46,877 bases of DNA from a virus (IMGVR_UViG_3300031949_000066:1-46877); one strand, 5' to 3'; counted from the first letter of the stretch, positions 33,384 to 43,107 are shown. Numbers and translations: made by a program. Notes: a model not told the origin generated them from the sequence alone.

Positions 33384-34382
33384 TTACCACTTAATTGCAG
33401 CAAGGCGAGCCGTCGTCTTGTCTTCAAGGTGCTTGGCCGGATTCGTCTTCGACAGGTCCGGTTCTGTAGTACCTTTGGGCTTTAACGTCGCACCCTTGCT
33501 TTTGGTTTTTAACTGATTCTTCAAAGTGGTACGAAGGGCCTGGGACTTAAATTCATCAGCGACAACAAGGTGAGCACGTTCGAGGGCTTCATCCACATCC
33601 ATTTCGATACCCTGTAAAGCAGCACCGTCACGGATTTGGTCTGCTGTCTCCAACAGTTGTCTACGCCTATCATACTGTTCTATGGTTAAGGTCTTGTCGT
33701 TGACTTTACCCTTACCATAAAACTCGGCGTAAGGCTCCATTTCTGCCGCCCCGAAAAACGAGTTAATCGTTTTCACGGCTACGTCGTTCGGAGCCGGCTG
33801 GCTCGAAACGGGCTTTTGTGGAACCTGATTTTTCGCTAAAAGTGCTACCTGGTCCTGAAGGGCCTGAATCGTTTGAATCGCTGGGTCATCGTCGCCGTAT
33901 GCTTTCTTCATCGCTGTCAAATCAATCGGCGTAATAACTGGCGTTTCGTCGGCCTTTTTCCCGTCGTCCTTCGTACTGCCACGCCCAATCCGGGCGAATT
34001 CCTGAGAAATCTTATTCGTAGAAACGTAAAGTTTTTCCAGAGTTTTTAACGCAAGCTCCGGGTCTTTCTTCACGAACTCGTCAACTTCTTCAGGTTCCCA
34101 TCCTTGATGTATCGCCGCTCTGCGATACTTGTCAGGAAGTTCGGATTTGGCCGGGGTAGGGTCTGAGTCGTCTTTCGCTTTCCCTGCTTCCGGGTCTTCT
34201 TCGGCCGGAGGGGTAGGGTCGGCGTCTTCAGTTTTAGACGCTGCTGGCTCTTCTGTTCCTTCTGGTTCATCCGCAATCGCGGCTAATCTCTCTTCGGCTT
34301 TAGCAGCCGCATCGAGTTCTTCTTGTTCTAATGTTACTTCTTGTTCACCGTCTTTTGTTTGTGCTACTGCTACTTCTGACAT
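33384..34382 (-). CDS. Capsid scaffolding protein
   Basis: Acidic, low-complexity N-terminus and helical body; directly upstream of the capsid gene. Confidence 0.75.
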   Translation of the reverse strand: MSEVAVAQTKDGEQEVTLEQEELDAAAKAEERLAAIADEPEGTEEPAASKTEDADPTPPAEEDPEAGKAKDDSDPTPAKSELPDKYRRAAIHQGWEPEEVDEFVKKDPELALKTLEKLYVSTNKISQEFARIGRGSTKDDGKKADETPVITPIDLTAMKKAYGDDDPAIQTIQALQDQVALLAKNQVPQKPVSSQPAPNDVAVKTINSFFGAAEMEPYAEFYGKGKVNDKTLTIEQYDRRRQLLETADQIRDGAALQGIEMDVDEALERAHLVVADEFKSQALRTTLKNQLKTKSKGATLKPKGTTEPDLSKTNPAKHLEDKTTARLAAIKW

Positions 34383-34415
34383 ATTGACCTCTATATAGGG
34401 TAAGGCGGTAAGTCG

Positions 34416-34802
34416 TTACCGCGTTGCTACAGGTCTTAATTTCTGCGGGTGTTTTACGAACCCGGTATCTTTCATATAATTCTCTTGCTGCTGAACGCTG
34501 TTAAATCCTACTACGCCGTCCGGCCGTACAGGGATGTCAGGCCACAGCTTTTTATGGGCATCTATTTGAGAAGGTGAGATAGCCATAGCTTCTGACCAAT
34601 GCGTAGACTCGAACTGCCGGCCACCGCCCATAACGTCAGCACAAAAAGTTTTATCAGGAGCGAAACCGCTAACCATCTGGCCGCCGCACTTCTCACACGG
34701 CACAGTTATACGAACTTTATTATCGTTCGTAAACTCATAGTCCAGGGCTTCATCTGGATGGACTTCAGTTCGACAAGACTGGCAATGACAGGTTAGCAGC
34801 AT
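34416..34802 (-). CDS. Zinc-ribbon (FmdB-like) protein
   Basis: CQSC...PCEKCGGQM; usual position between portal and scaffold. Confidence 0.7.
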   Translation of the reverse strand: MLLTCHCQSCRTEVHPDEALDYEFTNDNKVRITVPCEKCGGQMVSGFAPDKTFCADVMGGGRQFESTHWSEAMAISPSQIDAHKKLWPDIPVRPDGVVGFNSVQQQENYMKDTGFVKHPQKLRPVATR

Positions 34803-34868
34803 TATTTTTTATCCCGTATTTGTTTTAACTCTTCCGGAGTTAGGCCAGACGAGTAATTTCCGACTGGT

Positions 34869-35156
34869 TTATTTCTTGCCATAGTGTTTTTTCCACTCTT
34901 CTTCAGTAAGAGCATTTCCAGCACGTGCTTGAGAATGTACATTTTGTTCCCCAAGATTTTCCTTGTTAGGGTCGGAAACAAGGGACTTTTTCTTCGTCGA
35001 AGCGAAAACGGATTTAACTTTCTCTCCGAGCTTTTGTACCCAGTTCTTCGGTTTTATCTTTGGCTTCGGTACTGGCTTTAAGGCCACTTTACCGGCCGGT
35101 GACGCCGCAAATTCATTCGCTAATTTGACCGCACGTTGTAATTTCTTATCTGCCAT
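34869..35156 (-). CDS. Basic hypothetical protein
   Basis: GGGGGT RBS; Lys-rich. Confidence 0.65.
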   Translation of the reverse strand: MADKKLQRAVKLANEFAASPAGKVALKPVPKPKIKPKNWVQKLGEKVKSVFASTKKKSLVSDPNKENLGEQNVHSQARAGNALTEEEWKKHYGKK

Positions 35157-35385
35157 TTTTACCCCCAAACAATTTCTTTAAGCCGTTCTCTACCTTAACA
35201 TCAAGCTGTTTGGCCACATCTGAGGCAGCCGCGACCTTCGTTTTAGCGAGAACTTTTACTGCGGCTAAAAGTTTAGAATCGCGTACAATTTCTTTGGCAC
35301 GAATAAGGCTATCATACGCATTTTCGACCTTATACTTATCTATGCCGCCGATAGTTTCTAATTTTGCCATAGTAGATTCACTCAT
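35146..35385 (-). CDS. Hypothetical protein
   Basis: GGGAG RBS; ATG 35385 follows the portal stop. Confidence 0.65.
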   Translation of the reverse strand: MSESTMAKLETIGGIDKYKVENAYDSLIRAKEIVRDSKLLAAVKVLAKTKVAAASDVAKQLDVKVENGLKKLFGGKNGR

Positions 35386-35386
35386 A

Positions 35387-37171
35387 CTAATAAGCTCCCA
35401 TCCCACTCTTCATCTGTGACTGGCCTTCATTTGCCCCGTCTTGTGCCTGCTGCATCATCGAAGGATTACCTGCTTCACGCTGAATAGGGAAACCCCCGTT
35501 CTGCATCGTATTCATCCCGCCACCGGCTTTACCCTGGCTCTGTGGCCCCATTGCTAACATCATCTGCATACGCTGTTGGAATTGCGGGTCATCGAATAAA
35601 TCTGATACCCATTCCTGTATGCCCATTTCCCCAGCGATACGTGTAAGGTAAGCCTGGATATTAAACGGCTGGCCTATCTGCATAAACGTCTGTAGCGCCA
35701 TAGCGGCCTGGGGCATAATGTTCGTACAGAACTGCATTATAAGTTCTGCCCGTTTCGCTGGCTCTAAAAGCGTCATAGATTTTGGTACAATTTTTGTGAC
35801 AAAATCTGCAAAGTCGCCTTGCCTCTGTTCAGGGGTCAGGTGTAACTGTACATACTCTCCACCGGGTTTACGCTTTGCGAGCATCTGGTCGAGCAACGGG
35901 TCGTAGTGTAAATACCACCGTTGTTTATCCGCAATGTCCGCAGTAAAATCATAAAGCAAGCCGCGAGCATCATCAACTGAAATCGACGCATTGCCCTGTA
36001 AAATAGAAGCCTGAGTAGCGGACTTTGCATTAGACCGAAGACCGCTCATCTGGTCGGGATTGCCGGCCATGTAATTAAACCACAACTGAATCTGTTGCAG
36101 CATCGGAGAATTTTCTTTATTTGCCCCACCTATCGACAAAGCCTGGACAGCTTGTGGATTAGAGGACGCAATCGTATCGCCGTCACTGGCGTTCACTATA
36201 TCCTGGGCCGTATCCGAGTGAGCCGGGTCGTAAAGCAGAACATCTTTCTGTCGTTCGGCCTGGTCAAGAATTTTTCTGAACACCGAATTAGCAGATTTAT
36301 GCAGGTCGAAAATCATACTCGCCGGAGATACCGGGAGCGGATTTCCGTCAACCGGAGGCGTAAATGCGAGATAAGAATACGGCCCTGAATCCGGCCCGTA
36401 ATAATCTGTTACCGACAAATACTTATCGAAGGTACATTCATACGGGTCAGGTATCGTAATAAGTGCTTTTGCCTGCGGAACCCAGAGTTCAACTACATGT
36501 ACTTTATCTTCAATGTCGCAATCATCTTTTCCAGCCGTGAGTTCAGCTACGGTTCGGCCATTTCCACCGAGTTTAGTCCCAGCGGCCGGGAGTTTTAAAA
36601 TCAAGTCATGGTCGTACCCATCGGTATCGAGTAAATACTGTCTCGGCGTAGATGTCCTGTGTCCAACGAACGGACTGGAATCTATGGACTTACAATCGGA
36701 CGAGAACACAAAATCATCCAAGTCTACCAGTTCGGTATATAACTGTCCGGGGTCAATTTCAGAGCCGTCAATTTCCAGTGTTACGCCTGATTTTGCGATG
36801 CTCGTTTTTGCAATAGCCATAGCGAACATAGCTGAAACGGCCGCGGCCCGTAGCAATTTCTTCAGGTTTATTTCTTTGTTTACCTTCGTCAACGCCATAC
36901 TCTGAAGGTCGGCGTACATGCGGTATTGCAAGTAATCTGTCGAAACTTCACAGGCTGGATTGTTGTTTACGATGTTCGGGACAATCGCACGCAACGCAGC
37001 GTATAAAAGATTCAATGGCTCGTCACCCGTCAGGCCGAACTCTTGCTGATAATACTGGCCACAATATGCCTTAATAAAAAGGGCACGAGCACGCCTATAT
37101 TTTTTAAGGCGTTCAAATCCGCGTTTTACCGCGTCTTGTACCTGAGAAGGATTTACATCAGTAGCCGGCAC
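35387..37171 (-). CDS. Portal protein
   Basis: 594 aa after the terminase; SATQASIL stem motif; Gln/Met-rich C-terminal barrel. Confidence 0.85.
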   Translation of the reverse strand: MPATDVNPSQVQDAVKRGFERLKKYRRARALFIKAYCGQYYQQEFGLTGDEPLNLLYAALRAIVPNIVNNNPACEVSTDYLQYRMYADLQSMALTKVNKEINLKKLLRAAAVSAMFAMAIAKTSIAKSGVTLEIDGSEIDPGQLYTELVDLDDFVFSSDCKSIDSSPFVGHRTSTPRQYLLDTDGYDHDLILKLPAAGTKLGGNGRTVAELTAGKDDCDIEDKVHVVELWVPQAKALITIPDPYECTFDKYLSVTDYYGPDSGPYSYLAFTPPVDGNPLPVSPASMIFDLHKSANSVFRKILDQAERQKDVLLYDPAHSDTAQDIVNASDGDTIASSNPQAVQALSIGGANKENSPMLQQIQLWFNYMAGNPDQMSGLRSNAKSATQASILQGNASISVDDARGLLYDFTADIADKQRWYLHYDPLLDQMLAKRKPGGEYVQLHLTPEQRQGDFADFVTKIVPKSMTLLEPAKRAELIMQFCTNIMPQAAMALQTFMQIGQPFNIQAYLTRIAGEMGIQEWVSDLFDDPQFQQRMQMMLAMGPQSQGKAGGGMNTMQNGGFPIQREAGNPSMMQQAQDGANEGQSQMKSGMGAY

Positions 37172-37660
37172 TTAACCCGCCCTTTCTATTAGGTAAGTAA
37201 TTGCAGAAGCCAGGGCCGATTTATCTTCTCTAAAATACCCCAGCCCAGAGTTACATGTGTAACATAGCAAGCCACGTACTTTGCCAGTAGCGTGGTCATG
37301 GTCTACGGCCAATTTTCGCACGCCCCGCTTATCTTTAGAAGTTTCCGGCTTGCCACAAATCGCACAAACGCCGCCCTGCGATTCGAGCATAGAATTATAT
37401 TCAGACAAGCTTATCCCAAACCGGCTCTTCAGTCTGGAATTTTCGACTCTATCTCTATTCTGGCCAGCCCACTTTCGCCTGTAAGCGTTACCCCGTTTCG
37501 AGTCCGCCCGCTGGTGGGCCGATACTCTTTGGTTTGCGCATTGTTTACAGTAGCCGTGCAGTCCATCTTTTGCGGACCTATCCCGGTGGAAAAAATCCGC
37601 TGAACGCGGATATTCCGTTTTACAACCAGAGCACATCTTCTGTTCACACGCTATTGTCAT
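37172..37660 (-). CDS. Endonuclease VII-type putative homing endonuclease
   Basis: CSGC...CKQC; FGISL.EY...QGGVCAICG...AVDHDHATGKVRGLLCYTCN. Confidence 0.92.
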   Translation of the reverse strand: MTIACEQKMCSGCKTEYPRSADFFHRDRSAKDGLHGYCKQCANQRVSAHQRADSKRGNAYRRKWAGQNRDRVENSRLKSRFGISLSEYNSMLESQGGVCAICGKPETSKDKRGVRKLAVDHDHATGKVRGLLCYTCNSGLGYFREDKSALASAITYLIERAG

Positions 37661-39582
37661 CGGAAGTCATATTTCATTCGCCACGATATTTTTTTGCTCT
37701 TTTTTTTCTTTGCCAGCGTGTCCCGCATCTGTTGTTCAAACGAACCATACGGGGCCTGGATTTCTTTTTCCGGCCGGTTCACAGGAGCGTCGTCATCTTC
37801 CAGCGTCAAGGCATCAGCTATAACGCAGTCCCCATGTGTAAGCCTGGCAGATTTACTCTCTTCAACTAAACCGGCCGGGCCAATGCCGCCGTCTGGAAGA
37901 TAAATATAAGTAAGCATTTCGTCCAGAGCGAATATCGAGTGATTTACGTAACCGCCGTGTGCTACCGCCCTATCGTAAACCGTAAGCAATTCCAGTTTCG
38001 CTTCTCTTGACGAGTGCCACCCATATTTCTGTGTCGTAAGGTCGTCAACTACACCAACTCTTCGGGCACGATAATAATACGGATAGCTGAATTTTTTAAC
38101 TATCTGTTTACCGAACTCCCATCCTGGGCCGTTCATTTCCCATTTAAGAAGCGGCAAACTATAAGGCTTTTTACCACCTACCCAGATAGCGATAGCTATT
38201 GCTATGCGGGCCATTTCATAGGGTGGATACTGGGCACTTCGCCATTCGGCGACTTTCTCACCTGTCTCTCTGCATTTAACCGAGAGAACTGAGTTTGACG
38301 CCCCCTGGCCTTTTCCTATGTCGCATCCGACAATATAGGATTTACTCTGGTCAGGGCGACCACCAATTAAATCACACCAAATTCTGAAATCAGCGTCCTT
38401 TGCCTTCGTTACTGTAATGGCTCGATAATCCTTTCGAGACAAATAAACTGCTACACTGTCATCGGAAATGTCTGACCGCAAGGCAACACTGTAATTGTAT
38501 TTCGGCTCACTCCCGAACAAGGCCCTGTGAACTCGAATGCTGTCGTGGGTGAAGAAAGTATCGCCCGCTTCCAAATCCTGCCGTAAAACTTCTTGAGCGA
38601 GTTCTTTTTTCGACCGGACTTTTTCTTCTTCGTCGAACCACGGGGAGCGAATTTCCCATTTGCCGGACTTTTCATTTCGTAGAACATATCTATTCGCACC
38701 TTTCTGCGGGTGTTCCCAGAAATCCATAGTAAAAACTTCGATGGTCCCGTCAGTCTTCCATTTGGAATACTCGGTCCCAGGTCCGGCAGGGGTAGAATTT
38801 ATAATACGCATCAGGGCCACGTCGCGTGTCGCTGAACGCATCTTACTTCCGTGTTCGACCTTCGCAAATTCGTCCAGCAAAGCGACTAAACGCCTATCGC
38901 CTGAACCCGCGTGAGGCGTTGTGGACTCGCCATCTATCGTACTGTTAGTCGTCGTACTATGCAAGTGCATAGACGTTCGATTTTTTTCATCGGGCAAACA
39001 CGAAGCTGGCCGCATCCAGTCAGGGAGCCACTGGTTTATATAGTCATGTTTTTGGAACAAGGCTTTATGGTTGCCGGTCAGGTCCACGTAGTCTTTAGTA
39101 CGTGACATTTCCAGCAACTTAGCGTCTTTTTTAAACAGCCACAACCAATGCAGGAAATAAATACAACACCAGGACGCACCCATGTCACGGCATTTATCAA
39201 TTAAAATGTCTTTGCCGTGTTTTAAGCACCACTCGAACTTGTCAAAGAGCCTGTCTTGCACTTCCCACGTTATAAACGGAACGTGAGGATTTACTGCTTC
39301 TATTCTTTTCCCCGTTTCCGGGTCAACGTCATGCTGGTGGTATGTCCATCCAAACGCATTGACGAAAAACTTTAATGACGCTGAACACGCAGCGATTAAA
39401 TCTTGTTGCAGTTGTTCGTCGTTTTCAGCTTCAGCGAGCAGTTTAGCCCGCCATTCGACGTTTTCCTGTTCGCGTTTAGGAACGACCAGGCCCGTGATAG
39501 GGTCTGTCCAGTACCGCTCATTCGACGGGAAAGGTTCACTAAGCGTTGGCTTGAGTATCTGGCCCAGCTTTTGCAAGGTCAT
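37657..39582 (-). CDS. terL: Terminase large subunit
   Basis: DKCRDMGASW Walker A-like; LLDEFA Walker B; INSTP; nuclease GCDIGKG, WEMNGPG, HGDCVIADAL. Confidence 0.92.
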   Translation of the reverse strand: MTLQKLGQILKPTLSEPFPSNERYWTDPITGLVVPKREQENVEWRAKLLAEAENDEQLQQDLIAACSASLKFFVNAFGWTYHQHDVDPETGKRIEAVNPHVPFITWEVQDRLFDKFEWCLKHGKDILIDKCRDMGASWCCIYFLHWLWLFKKDAKLLEMSRTKDYVDLTGNHKALFQKHDYINQWLPDWMRPASCLPDEKNRTSMHLHSTTTNSTIDGESTTPHAGSGDRRLVALLDEFAKVEHGSKMRSATRDVALMRIINSTPAGPGTEYSKWKTDGTIEVFTMDFWEHPQKGANRYVLRNEKSGKWEIRSPWFDEEEKVRSKKELAQEVLRQDLEAGDTFFTHDSIRVHRALFGSEPKYNYSVALRSDISDDSVAVYLSRKDYRAITVTKAKDADFRIWCDLIGGRPDQSKSYIVGCDIGKGQGASNSVLSVKCRETGEKVAEWRSAQYPPYEMARIAIAIAIWVGGKKPYSLPLLKWEMNGPGWEFGKQIVKKFSYPYYYRARRVGVVDDLTTQKYGWHSSREAKLELLTVYDRAVAHGGYVNHSIFALDEMLTYIYLPDGGIGPAGLVEESKSARLTHGDCVIADALTLEDDDAPVNRPEKEIQAPYGSFEQQMRDTLAKKKKSKKISWRMKYDFR

Positions 39583-39937
39583 TTAATCGCTTCTTTCCCT
39601 GGTCACTGACCCTATCGGCCAGTGTTCGTTTGTCCGGCTCTTCCGTAGCGGCCACAGGTATGCGGCCTTCTACACGGTCGTAGACTAACGCAATCATGCC
39701 AGCGTTAGGCCCGTGAACGAGTTCGTCGATTACGGTCTTGCCGTCCATCTTACGCTCTACTTCTTCCTTATAGCCTAACGCCATCTTCACCATCGTGCGG
39801 GCCATCTTCTCAGCCTTAGTCACGATAACCGGGGTTCCGTCTTCGTCCATTTCAACTTCAGTTTTTTCCTGAAGTATAGACTTTAACTGGGCGGTCAGGA
39901 GTTTGCCGGCTTTAATTTTTTCAGCTTTTAGCGTCAT
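39539..39937 (-). CDS. Putative terminase small subunit
   Basis: Directly upstream of terL; helical; KMALGY...YDRVEGR. Confidence 0.6.
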   Translation of the reverse strand: MTLKAEKIKAGKLLTAQLKSILQEKTEVEMDEDGTPVIVTKAEKMARTMVKMALGYKEEVERKMDGKTVIDELVHGPNAGMIALVYDRVEGRIPVAATEEPDKRTLADRVSDQGKKRLNDLAKAGPDTQANA

Positions 39938-39942
39938 ATCAG

Positions 39943-40287
39943 TTACGAGTAAGCCATCTGGTCTTTCATTTCCATGTTTTTGCGAAGGAACGCTTTAGGT
40001 GTCGTACCGACGCAAATATAATGTAAAGTGGTCGTATTCGCGGGCACTTTAATCTGAATCGTTTGACCGGCCGCACATGCCCAAATAATGTTCGCAGCCG
40101 TCGCAGTTGTCAGCAGCCCAAGCAAGCAGTACCCCACACAAGCGGTAAGGGTATAAACCTGTCCAGACTCCACGGTAATCTCCGTGTCGCTTGTCTGGTC
40201 AAGTGTCTGTCCGCTCGCGGCTTCCGGCGTAGCCATTTCCCCACAAGGGGCCATCTGATTACCAACCTGGTCGGTAGCTCCGTACAT
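39943..40287 (-). CDS. Hypothetical beta-rich protein
   Basis: GGGAG RBS before ATG 40287. Confidence 0.65.
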   Translation of the reverse strand: MYGATDQVGNQMAPCGEMATPEAASGQTLDQTSDTEITVESGQVYTLTACVGYCLLGLLTTATAANIIWACAAGQTIQIKVPANTTTLHYICVGTTPKAFLRKNMEMKDQMAYS

Positions 40288-40289
40288 CG

Positions 40290-40427
40290 TTATCTCCCAA
40301 TCCACAATAAAACACTTAACGGGCCAAGCCCGATTTCTATACTAAAGTGCCGGCCTGTGACACTAATGCCTACAGCACTGCCGAAGACCCAGAAACCCCG
40401 AGCGAAGCTGTGCTGTAGTTTTACCAT
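40290..40427 (-). CDS. Small hydrophobic protein (45 aa, MVKLQHSFARGFWVFGSAV...GLGPLSVLLWIGR)
   Basis: Translated by hand; TAATG coupling; resembles 10695-10823. Confidence 0.6.
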   Translation of the reverse strand: MVKLQHSFARGFWVFGSAVGISVTGRHFSIEIGLGPLSVLLWIGR

Positions 40428-40819
40428 TAGTCACCCAATGCTTCCAGTTGTTTCGGGGTTAGCAACGCTTGGATTGCGTTCTCAATCCTTATAGCGGCAA
40501 ATTCCCACTCTTCTAATGCCCCGTCCTTATTATTTTTTGCGGCCAACTTTACCAACGGCCAAGTAAGCAAGTGTGCGACTTCATGCACGGCCAATGCTTC
40601 CGGTCCGGGGTACCCTATGCCATCAGCCGCGACCATAGCTGTCGTTAGCGTAAACACAGCGTTGTTGCCCTCGGATACGTACACTTGTGCCCACGTATCG
40701 GAAACATACCGGTGCAAAAATATGTGCCCATAGTGTTGCAACCCGAACATTTGGCACATCTTCCCGCAAGCCTTTTTAAACCTCTGAAAGTCTTTTTTGC
40801 TCGTCCGCACCAGCATCAC
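40427..40819 (-). CDS. Putative zincin-like metallopeptidase
   Basis: AVHEVAHLL (HExxH) with downstream EEWE. Confidence 0.65.
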   Translation of the reverse strand: MMLVRTSKKDFQRFKKACGKMCQMFGLQHYGHIFLHRYVSDTWAQVYVSEGNNAVFTLTTAMVAADGIGYPGPEALAVHEVAHLLTWPLVKLAAKNNKDGALEEWEFAAIRIENAIQALLTPKQLEALGD

Positions 40820-41042
40820 CAGGTTTTAAAAACTCTTGCCACTCGTTCAAGTCACGTATCGGATTAACCATCTTTGCTCCGCACTCAGTACACAGGGCGT
40901 TCTCAGGGATTTTAGCCTGGACTTTAGCGGACTCATTTATTTTCGTCTTCGTTCTGTCCACACCTACAATTACCGGCATCGTTACCACGACCTCAGCAAT
41001 TACCAGAACAGGCACATCACATAAACATTTAGGGCACAGCAT
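40776..41042 (-). CDS. Zinc-finger protein
   Basis: CPKC...CTECG; TAATG coupling. Confidence 0.65.
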   Translation of the reverse strand: MLCPKCLCDVPVLVIAEVVVTMPVIVGVDRTKTKINESAKVQAKIPENALCTECGAKMVNPIRDLNEWQEFLKPGDAGADEQKRLSEV

Positions 41043-41398
41043 TAGTTCATCCTCATAGCACGGTCGAGTACCGCCTTATTTCGTTTCCCTGCATCGCGTT
41101 GGCCTTTTATACAGGCCAGGTCACGTTGCAACAGCTTCGGGTTGTTTAGCGATTCAAACTCTTTGCAGAACGCTTCAAACGACATGTCCTTGTTCTCGAA
41201 GCTGTTATAGAGTTCCCGCAGGTTCATCCGCCGTTTACGCTTAATCCTGGCCGCCTTCTCCGCGTCAGGAGCCGGCCGGGAAGGAGTTCCAACCCGGTCG
41301 TCTGGAAAATGCGATTGCAGGTCTACCGTTTGGTAGCCTGCGTCTTCTGGGCTTACGCCCTTCGCTATAATAGATTTCAGCGTTTCACTAATTGGCAT
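41042..41398 (-). CDS. Hypothetical protein
   Basis: ATG 41398 overlaps the end of the upstream gene. Confidence 0.65.
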   Translation of the reverse strand: MPISETLKSIIAKGVSPEDAGYQTVDLQSHFPDDRVGTPSRPAPDAEKAARIKRKRRMNLRELYNSFENKDMSFEAFCKEFESLNNPKLLQRDLACIKGQRDAGKRNKAVLDRAMRMN

Positions 41399-41597
41399 CG
41401 GCTGATTCCGGGTCGGGCATGATAATTTCTGGGCCATCCGGCGTATCCATCACGGGTACTGCCGCCATCGGGGGGCCGTAGTCCTGCATCAGGTCAGCGA
41501 TAATCGTTTCCAACTCCACGATTCGTTGCTTCAGCGTGATATTCTCCGCTACCGCGGCTGCTTCTTCAGGAGAAACTGTTCTGCTGTTCATTGTCAT
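41388..41597 (-). CDS. Small coiled-coil protein
   Basis: AAGGT RBS; LKQRIVELE heptads. Confidence 0.6.
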   Translation of the reverse strand: MTMNSRTVSPEEAAAVAENITLKQRIVELETIIADLMQDYGPPMAAVPVMDTPDGPEIIMPDPESADAN

Positions 41598-41609
41598 AGT
41601 ACTATACCT

Positions 41610-41768
41610 TTATGCTGTTATTTTACGTTTAAACATAACCGCTACGTTTACATCGAGACGATAAAAATGTATCGCTTCCCAGCCGTCTTGCCCTTGTATG
41701 TTCAGCCAATCGTCCAGGGCAATCACCCCTTTCGGTACCAGTACTTCTACGTATTCAAACTTATCCAT
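41610..41768 (-). CDS. DUF4177-like small protein (52 aa)
   Basis: Translated by hand: FEYVEV...WLNIQGQDGWEAI...MFKR; TAATG coupling. Confidence 0.7.
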   Translation of the reverse strand: MDKFEYVEVLVPKGVIALDDWLNIQGQDGWEAIHFYRLDVNVAVMFKRKITA

Positions 41769-42205
41769 TATTTCGCCTCGTAGATTTTATTTAAATCCTG
41801 CGGCATCGGCTTACTCGCGTTCGCTCCACCAAACAACCGTACTGCCTGATACACGTACTGTGCTCGAAACCAGTTCATGCCGGCCGCTATACACAGGTCG
41901 TATAGAGCCTGGTCTGCTTCTTTCCTGGCTGACATGGGCAATTTTCCCAGGCGGATAAATTGGTACAACACGTCGTGAACCAGAGAAGCGGTCATAAAAT
42001 CCGGGGTATCTATCGCAGGACCGGAAGCACCATCCCACGAGTAACCGTCGTAAATTGTTAAGCTTCCCCCAGGGTTTAACCAAGCGAGTTCGTTCCCACC
42101 GGAATCAAATATGCCTACGCCCGTACCCGGCAGTCGAAGTGCAGTCTGGACGTGCAGGGTTTCCACCACACGATAATTCCAAAAATCCGTCCGCACGTAC
42201 CGCAC
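41768..42205 (-). CDS. DUF1353-family protein
   Basis: GYSWDGASGP...ASLVHDVLYQ...RKEAD...YQAVRLFG. Confidence 0.85.
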   Translation of the reverse strand: MRYVRTDFWNYRVVETLHVQTALRLPGTGVGIFDSGGNELAWLNPGGSLTIYDGYSWDGASGPAIDTPDFMTASLVHDVLYQFIRLGKLPMSARKEADQALYDLCIAAGMNWFRAQYVYQAVRLFGGANASKPMPQDLNKIYEAK

Positions 42206-42429
42206 TACTTTACCGCCGCCTTCCGTGCCACATCGTAACCACCGCAGGCAGCCAGTCCGAGCATTAGCCCGTCAACTGCTCCCCCGCCGAGGCTCACCGA
42301 CACGATTATCCCAAATCCGATGGACAAGAGGGAATATATCTCCTTATAACCGTTTACAAACGGAAGTCGCTTACTGGCTTCAACAGCCATAGCGACTACA
42401 GGCACCCAGATTAAAATTGCTTCGTTCAT
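42205..42429 (-). CDS. Putative holin
   Basis: Two or three transmembrane segments; VEASK...GLMLGLAACGGYD. Confidence 0.72.
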   Translation of the reverse strand: MNEAILIWVPVVAMAVEASKRLPFVNGYKEIYSLLSIGFGIIVSVSLGGGAVDGLMLGLAACGGYDVARKAAVK

Positions 42430-42443
42430 TAACGGCCTCTATG

Positions 42444-42683
42444 TTACTGTGCAGGCTTTTGTTTCTTCATCAACGCACTCACGGCCGTCACCAGGGCCGC
42501 ACCTGCCACGGCAATCGCCGCAATCTCAGGGTTGCTCATAACTACCGCCGTCTTAGCCGCCTCTGCTGTGGCCTTAGCCAGAGCGATTACGTTGGGGTCA
42601 GAGATTACCTTAGTGGCAACTTCCTGAACTTCAGCACAACCACAGAATAACGCGATGGGTAAAATACTTAAAAATTTCTTCAT
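42444..42683 (-). CDS. Predicted lipoprotein with C-terminal transmembrane helix
   Basis: MKK, hydrophobic stretch and LFCG|C lipobox; IAAIAVAGAALVTAVSALM followed by a basic tail. Confidence 0.7.
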   Translation of the reverse strand: MKKFLSILPIALFCGCAEVQEVATKVISDPNVIALAKATAEAAKTAVVMSNPEIAAIAVAGAALVTAVSALMKKQKPAQ

Positions 42684-42776
42684 GGTTCGTTTCCTAAGTG
42701 TTTTTATGGTACAATAAGTAAATCCAGCACTAACGTCGGACTCGCCCGATAGTATGGCTGGACATCGTGATTAAAA

Positions 42777-42856
42777 TGGGACAGGTGCGGCTCGAACGCA
42801 CGCCCTGTTATGCCGTCAACCGGCCCAACCGCTCTAACCAACTGAGCTACCATCCC
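42777..42856 (-). tRNA. tRNA-like RNA with an extended non-canonical anticodon arm (no assignable anticodon)
   Basis: GGGATGG-TA-GCTCAGTTGGTTAGAGC-G-[23-nt arm]-AGGGC-GTGCG-TTCGAGC-CGCAC-CTGTCCC-A. Confidence 0.75.
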
Positions 42857-42906
42857 GCGACTACTAAATACATGACTACTAAACTCTCGGATATTAGTAA
42901 TAAGTG

Positions 42907-42975
42907 GGCGACTGCCGGTATCTCGCCGGCTCATCCTGGTAAACCCACAAGAGTGCGTTCACACACCCAGTCGCC
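42907..42975 (-). ncRNA. Cloverleaf-like RNA
   Basis: GGCGACT/AGTCGCC stem stacked on GCCGG-CGAGATA-CCGGC (5 bp, 7-nt loop) plus two more hairpins. Confidence 0.6.
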
Positions 42976-43030
42976 ATAAATCGTAAACTATTACGGCTTA
43001 CCTCGTCCTTTAGAGCCTAAGTCGTAATAT

Positions 43031-43107
43031 AAGACGAGTGCTGGTTTCGCGTATAGGCCAGCTAACCTGTCACCTGCATACGTCTTCTTTTTACCAGGAC
43101 TCGTCTT
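43031..43107. ncRNA. Structured element closed by a 14-bp interrupted helix
   Basis: AAGACGAGT-G-CTGGT ... ACCAG-G-ACTCGTCTT. Confidence 0.5.

Noticed and set aside
32298-33485. 395-aa + strand ORF antisense to the capsid gene
   Set aside because: Shadow of a codon-biased gene; no RBS or motifs and implausible composition
42704-42979. ORF-track entries 42704-42934 (-) and 42767-42979 (+)
   Set aside because: They overlap the tRNA-like elements and lack RBS or protein-like features
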